32,000 nt of DNA, taken from Acaryochloris marina MBIC11017 (GTDB lineage Bacteria > Cyanobacteriota > Cyanobacteriia > Thermosynechococcales > Thermosynechococcaceae). Below are positions 28,967-32,000 of this stretch, piece after piece; within the stretch, counting starts at the first letter, position 1; every line of letters starts with the position of its first letter. Where the stretch lies: contig NC_009925.1 of the NCBI RefSeq assembly GCF_000018105.1, forward strand, positions 3,210,001 through 3,242,000. The letters run 5' to 3'. The translations under genes were made by a program, and so were the position numbers. The notes beneath the pieces were generated by a model. That model had not been told where the DNA came from. It saw only the letters and a list, made by a program, of their open reading frames with translations, and did no database searches.

Positions 28967-30393
28967 ATACCCTAACGATTATTTGGATAGCCCTGCCGTT
29001 TTTCGTGGGGTTTGTAGGGTATCTGGTCCCTAAGGTTGATCGATACTTAGCCTTGGCCATGACCTTAGTGTCTGCCAGCTATGCCGCTCGAGTGTTGATG
29101 GAATCAACGCCGCTGACGGTAGAGCTGATGGATAACTTTGGGGTCACCCTCCAGATTGATAGTCTGAGTGGCTACTTTATCTTGACCAATGCCCTAGTTA
29201 CGGCTGCCGTGATTTGCTATTGCTGGGGGACAGGAAAATCCGCATTTTTTTATACCCAGACCATTATTCTGCATGGCAGCGTCAATGCCGTCTTTATTTG
29301 CGCCGACTTTATTAGTTTATATGTCGCCTTAGAGGTGATTGGCATTGCCGCCTTCTTGTTGGTGTCCTACCCGCGTACGAATCGGGCGATTTGGGTGGCC
29401 CTGCGCTACCTGTTTATCAGCAATACGGCCATGCTGTTTTATTTGGTGGGCGCTGTGTTGGTGTACCAAGCCAACAACTCCTTTGCTTTTGCGGGCTTGG
29501 AAAAGGCACCCCCAGAAGCCCTAGCCCTGATTTTCTTGGGACTGTTGACCAAAGGCGGCATATTTGTATCAGGGTTGTGGTTACCCTTAACCCATTCCGA
29601 GTCCGAAACCCCTGTCTCTGCCCTACTCTCCGGCGTTGTGGTCAAAACCGGGGTCTTTCCTTTGGCTCGGATGGCCTTAATGGTGGATACAGTCGCCCCA
29701 GTGATCACCCTATTTGGGATTGGCACTGCCTTTTTGGGGATTAGCTTGGCTCTCTTTGAGCAAGACACCAAGCGACTTTTGGCCCAAAGCACTATTTCTC
29801 AGCTTGGATTTATCCTGGCTGCCCCGGCTGTGGGTGGGTTCTATGCCTTGACTCACGGTTTGGTGAAAGCCACCCTCTTTTTAACCGCAGGCACCTTGCC
29901 TAGCCGAGATTTTCAGGAACTGCATAAGCAGCCAATCCCACGATCCCTATGGCTAGTCCTGTTGATGGCCAGCTGCTCTATCTCCGGTCTTCCCCTCTGG
30001 GCTGGGTTTGCCTCTAAGGCATTAACCCTAAAAAGTCTGCTGCCTTGGCAAATGCTCGCCCTCAATATTGCCACCGTAGGCACCGTGGCCACCTTTGCCA
30101 AATTTATCTTTTTGCCCCATCAAAGGGGCTCCAAGTCGATTCGAACTGGATTTTGGGTGGCGGTGCTGCTGCTGTTGGGGGGCTTACTGGCGGCCAATGG
30201 TGCTTATTACCAGGCCTATACCGTGGCCAATATCGGTAAAGCTTTAGCGAAGGTGGCAATTGGCTGGTTGGTCTATTGGCTAGTGATTCGACGGGTAGTG
30301 CTGAAACTGCCACGGGTGCAGGAGCAGCTCGAACATTTAATTGGGGGGATGAGCTTAATGTTGGTTCTATTGTTCTGGATGGTGTTGGCATGA
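28963..30393 (+). CDS. mrpD: Mrp/Mnh antiporter subunit D (NuoM/NuoN-like proton-translocating subunit).
   Basis: 476 aa, polytopic, with the Proton_antipo_M pattern (WLPLTHSESETPVSALLSGVVVKTG). ATGA overlap with mrpC. Confidence 0.88.
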   Translation: MNTLTIIWIALPFFVGFVGYLVPKVDRYLALAMTLVSASYAARVLMESTPLTVELMDNFGVTLQIDSLSGYFILTNALVTAAVICYCWGTGKSAFFYTQTIILHGSVNAVFICADFISLYVALEVIGIAAFLLVSYPRTNRAIWVALRYLFISNTAMLFYLVGAVLVYQANNSFAFAGLEKAPPEALALIFLGLLTKGGIFVSGLWLPLTHSESETPVSALLSGVVVKTGVFPLARMALMVDTVAPVITLFGIGTAFLGISLALFEQDTKRLLAQSTISQLGFILAAPAVGGFYALTHGLVKATLFLTAGTLPSRDFQELHKQPIPRSLWLVLLMASCSISGLPLWAGFASKALTLKSLLPWQMLALNIATVGTVATFAKFIFLPHQRGSKSIRTGFWVAVLLLLGGLLAANGAYYQAYTVANIGKALAKVAIGWLVYWLVIRRVVLKLPRVQEQLEHLIGGMSLMLVLLFWMVLA

Positions 30394-30776
30394 CTGGATA
30401 TCTGAATATTCTGCTGCGTTTAGCCATCTGGTTTTTGCTAACCGCCGATTTTGGTATTGCCAATACCATCATTGGCGTCTGTGTGGCTTTACTGTTGCCC
30501 CGTCGTGCCAATCCGGGGGCCTTAAAAGATTGGCTGCATGCGATCGGGGAAATTATTATTGCCATTCCCCAAGCCTTTATTGAAGCGATTGAAATTATGG
30601 TCCGTCCCCACCGTTATGAAGCGATGACGATGGAACATGTCAAACCGCAGCGCACTCCTGGACTGATTTTTCTCGATATTTTCGTGATTACCTTTACCCC
30701 GAAAACCATTGTATTGAAGTACCACGAGGAAGGGTTGTACGAAGTCCACCGGATTCAGCGGAGGAAGCAGTCATGA
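30390..30776 (+). CDS. mrpE: Mrp/Mnh antiporter subunit E.
   Basis: The start at 30390 gives an ATGA overlap with the mrpD stop. The 128-aa protein is MnhE-like (LRLAIWFLLTADF...). The upstream part of the track ORF overlaps mrpD out of frame. Confidence 0.8.
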   Translation: MTGYLNILLRLAIWFLLTADFGIANTIIGVCVALLLPRRANPGALKDWLHAIGEIIIAIPQAFIEAIEIMVRPHRYEAMTMEHVKPQRTPGLIFLDIFVITFTPKTIVLKYHEEGLYEVHRIQRRKQS

Positions 30777-31024
30777 ATATCATCCTGATTGCGATGATTC
30801 TGGCCCTGGCCATTCCCATTTATGAAGCCTGTCAGGACGAGGATGTGTGGCAGAAAATGCTGGCCTTTGCCAGTATCGCCAGCAAAACGTCGATCATGAT
30901 TTTGGTGATTTCAGTCCTGCGGGATGACTGGATGATTGGCGTTGTCGGGGTGCTGATTCTCAGCGTTGGTAATGCTGCCCTGATGCTGTTGGCCCATATT
31001 ATTAAACGGATTAGTGACGGATGA
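30773..31024 (+). CDS. mrpF: Mrp/Mnh antiporter subunit F.
   Basis: 83 aa with 3 TM segments and ATGA overlaps on both sides. Confidence 0.8.
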   Translation: MNIILIAMILALAIPIYEACQDEDVWQKMLAFASIASKTSIMILVISVLRDDWMIGVVGVLILSVGNAALMLLAHIIKRISDG

Positions 31025-31302
31025 TTAACGTAATTAGTTATGTCTGTATGGGCATGGGGATGGTCTTTTGGTTTTGGGGCACCTGGCCCTTAGTGGGTCA
31101 CCGCTCGGTGCTGTATAAGCTCCATAGCCTCTCTGTGGCCGATACCTTGGGTTCCATGTTAATTGTCGTCGGTTTGCTGCTGAAAATCCCCCGAGAGTGG
31201 CCCTTGCTGGTGCTGGCCATTCTATCCCTGGCGATTTGGAATACGGTGCTGGGATATGTGTTGGCCTATTGCTCAAGTAGTCCCAAGGAGGCAGAGACGT
31301 AA
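31021..31302 (+). CDS. mrpG: Mrp/Mnh antiporter subunit G.
   Basis: 93 aa, MnhG-like (LHSLSVADTLGSMLIVVGLLL), coupled to its neighbours. Confidence 0.8.
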   Translation: MINVISYVCMGMGMVFWFWGTWPLVGHRSVLYKLHSLSVADTLGSMLIVVGLLLKIPREWPLLVLAILSLAIWNTVLGYVLAYCSSSPKEAET

Positions 31303-31844
31303 TGGAAGATAGCTATGTTTACATCATTATTGCCCTGCTGCCTTTGACCGCAACGATGGTGGTGCTGCAGGTCAATCCCTACCATGCTCTGATTATTCGG
31401 GGGATTTTGGGTGCGGTAGCCGCTCTGGTCTATGCCGTCTTGGGGGCAGCAGACGTAGCTTTAACAGAAGCGCTCGTCGGAACCATGTTGGCGATAACCC
31501 TCTATGCGGTGGCGGTCCGATCCTCTCTAGTGGTGCGCTTGGGTGTGCTCCAGGCCGTTGAACCCCAAGGGTTTCAATCCTGGATTGAAGGATGTCGGAC
31601 GGTATTCTCTAAGCACTATATGCGCTTGGAACTGGTCAATTACCCCAATGACCAAGACCTCCGCCAAGCCTTGAATGAAAAGGAAGTGCATGCCATTTAT
31701 CTGCCTCAACAGCCTGCTGAAGCCCAGGATCAAGCCCTAATCCGCGTCCCTCGCTTATACGAAATTATGGAAGCAGAATTGACATCACCCGATACAACTC
31801 TGACCTGTGTAACGGTGGCTGAGTCAGCGGAGGTGAAGGTATGA
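31302..31844 (+). CDS. mrpA: DUF4040/MbhD-like membrane protein, corresponding to the C-terminal module of MrpA (the short cyanobacterial MrpA).
   Basis: The N-terminal ~75 aa have 2-3 TM segments (ALIIRGILGAVAALVYAVLGAADVALTEALVGTML), followed by a soluble tail. TAATG overlap with mrpG. Confidence 0.65.
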   Translation: MEDSYVYIIIALLPLTATMVVLQVNPYHALIIRGILGAVAALVYAVLGAADVALTEALVGTMLAITLYAVAVRSSLVVRLGVLQAVEPQGFQSWIEGCRTVFSKHYMRLELVNYPNDQDLRQALNEKEVHAIYLPQQPAEAQDQALIRVPRLYEIMEAELTSPDTTLTCVTVAESAEVKV

Positions 31845-32000
31845 AGTGGCTGTATATCCTTGCAGGCCTCGCCCTCTATGTCAAAATTTTGGTGATGCCC
31901 AATCCAGAATTGGATGTTGCTGATTTGTCGATGGTGCAGGCTGTCGTTGATGATAGTGGCGTTCCCAATGCCTTAGCAGGCATTATTTTCAGGAATCGCC
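31841..32000 (+). CDS. mrpB: Mrp/Mnh antiporter subunit B, 5' partial (runs off the window).
   Basis: ATGA overlap at 31841-31844. The translation MKWLYILAGLALYV...DDSGVPNALAGIIFRNR matches the MnhB motif GVxNxVxxILxxYR. Confidence 0.7.
   Translation, partial: MKWLYILAGLALYVKILVMPNPELDVADLSMVQAVVDDSGVPNALAGIIFRNR

Noticed and set aside
25514-30565. Numerous 60-150-aa ORFs antisense to or out of frame with bicA, the CPA2 antiporter and mrpD (for example 25988-26302, 27600-27956, 30104-30565, 29391-29744).
   Set aside because: They lie within long membrane-protein ORFs of clear family identity. Their translations are low-complexity and Ala/Pro/Thr-rich, which is typical of GC-biased alternative frames.
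1-32000. A search by eye for tRNA, rRNA, tmRNA, RNase P or known riboswitch cores in all intergenic gaps.
   Set aside because: I found no T-loop (GGTTCGAATCC-like) or other diagnostic motif outside coding regions. Absence by eye is not proof, and an Infernal/tRNAscan run is needed.

Overview
The window is a cyanobacterial chromosomal segment. By eye I found 13 perfect HIP1 octamers (GCGATCGC), a high-light-inducible (hli) gene and a BicA-type bicarbonate transporter. No rRNA, tRNA or CRISPR array was seen.

Layout:
1. 193-5491 (+): a translationally coupled three-gene type I secretion (T1SS) module. It encodes a parvulin-type PPIase, a 985-aa ABC exporter with N-terminal cNMP-binding-like and C39-like domains, and a HlyD-family membrane fusion protein.
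2. 5621-6954: a small, very acidic orphan ORF with its own terminator, then an ISY100-like IS630-family element with TA flanks and a frameshifted transposase.
3. 7066-16267 (-): a 1842-aa RTX calcium-binding giant protein, a MerR-HTH::pentapeptide-repeat fusion, a 105-aa unknown, and an FHA-GAF-class III nucleotide cyclase.
4. 16617-20634: a Ser/Thr kinase with a DUF4189-like ectodomain (divergent from the FHA cyclase), an SRPBCC-like protein, a DMT/EamA transporter, and a 50-aa HLIP.
5. 20747-25069 (-): a second RTX protein carrying a GH16 glucanase domain, an orphan STAS protein in an AT-rich islet, and a GT4 glycosyltransferase.
6. 25380-32000 (+): bicA, a CPA2 Na+/H+ antiporter, and mrpC-D-E-F-G-A-B with overlapping stop/start codons.

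Most interesting:
- The PPIase/ABC/HlyD module. By eye alignment both N-terminal accessory domains of the ABC protein have lost their canonical ligand-binding or catalytic residues. Two RTX candidate substrates lie nearby.
- The MerR-pentapeptide fusion directly upstream of the giant RTX gene.
- The cyclase, which has a non-canonical Gln/Gly pair at the base-specificity positions.

All domain calls rest on motif recognition in the supplied translations. No database search was possible.
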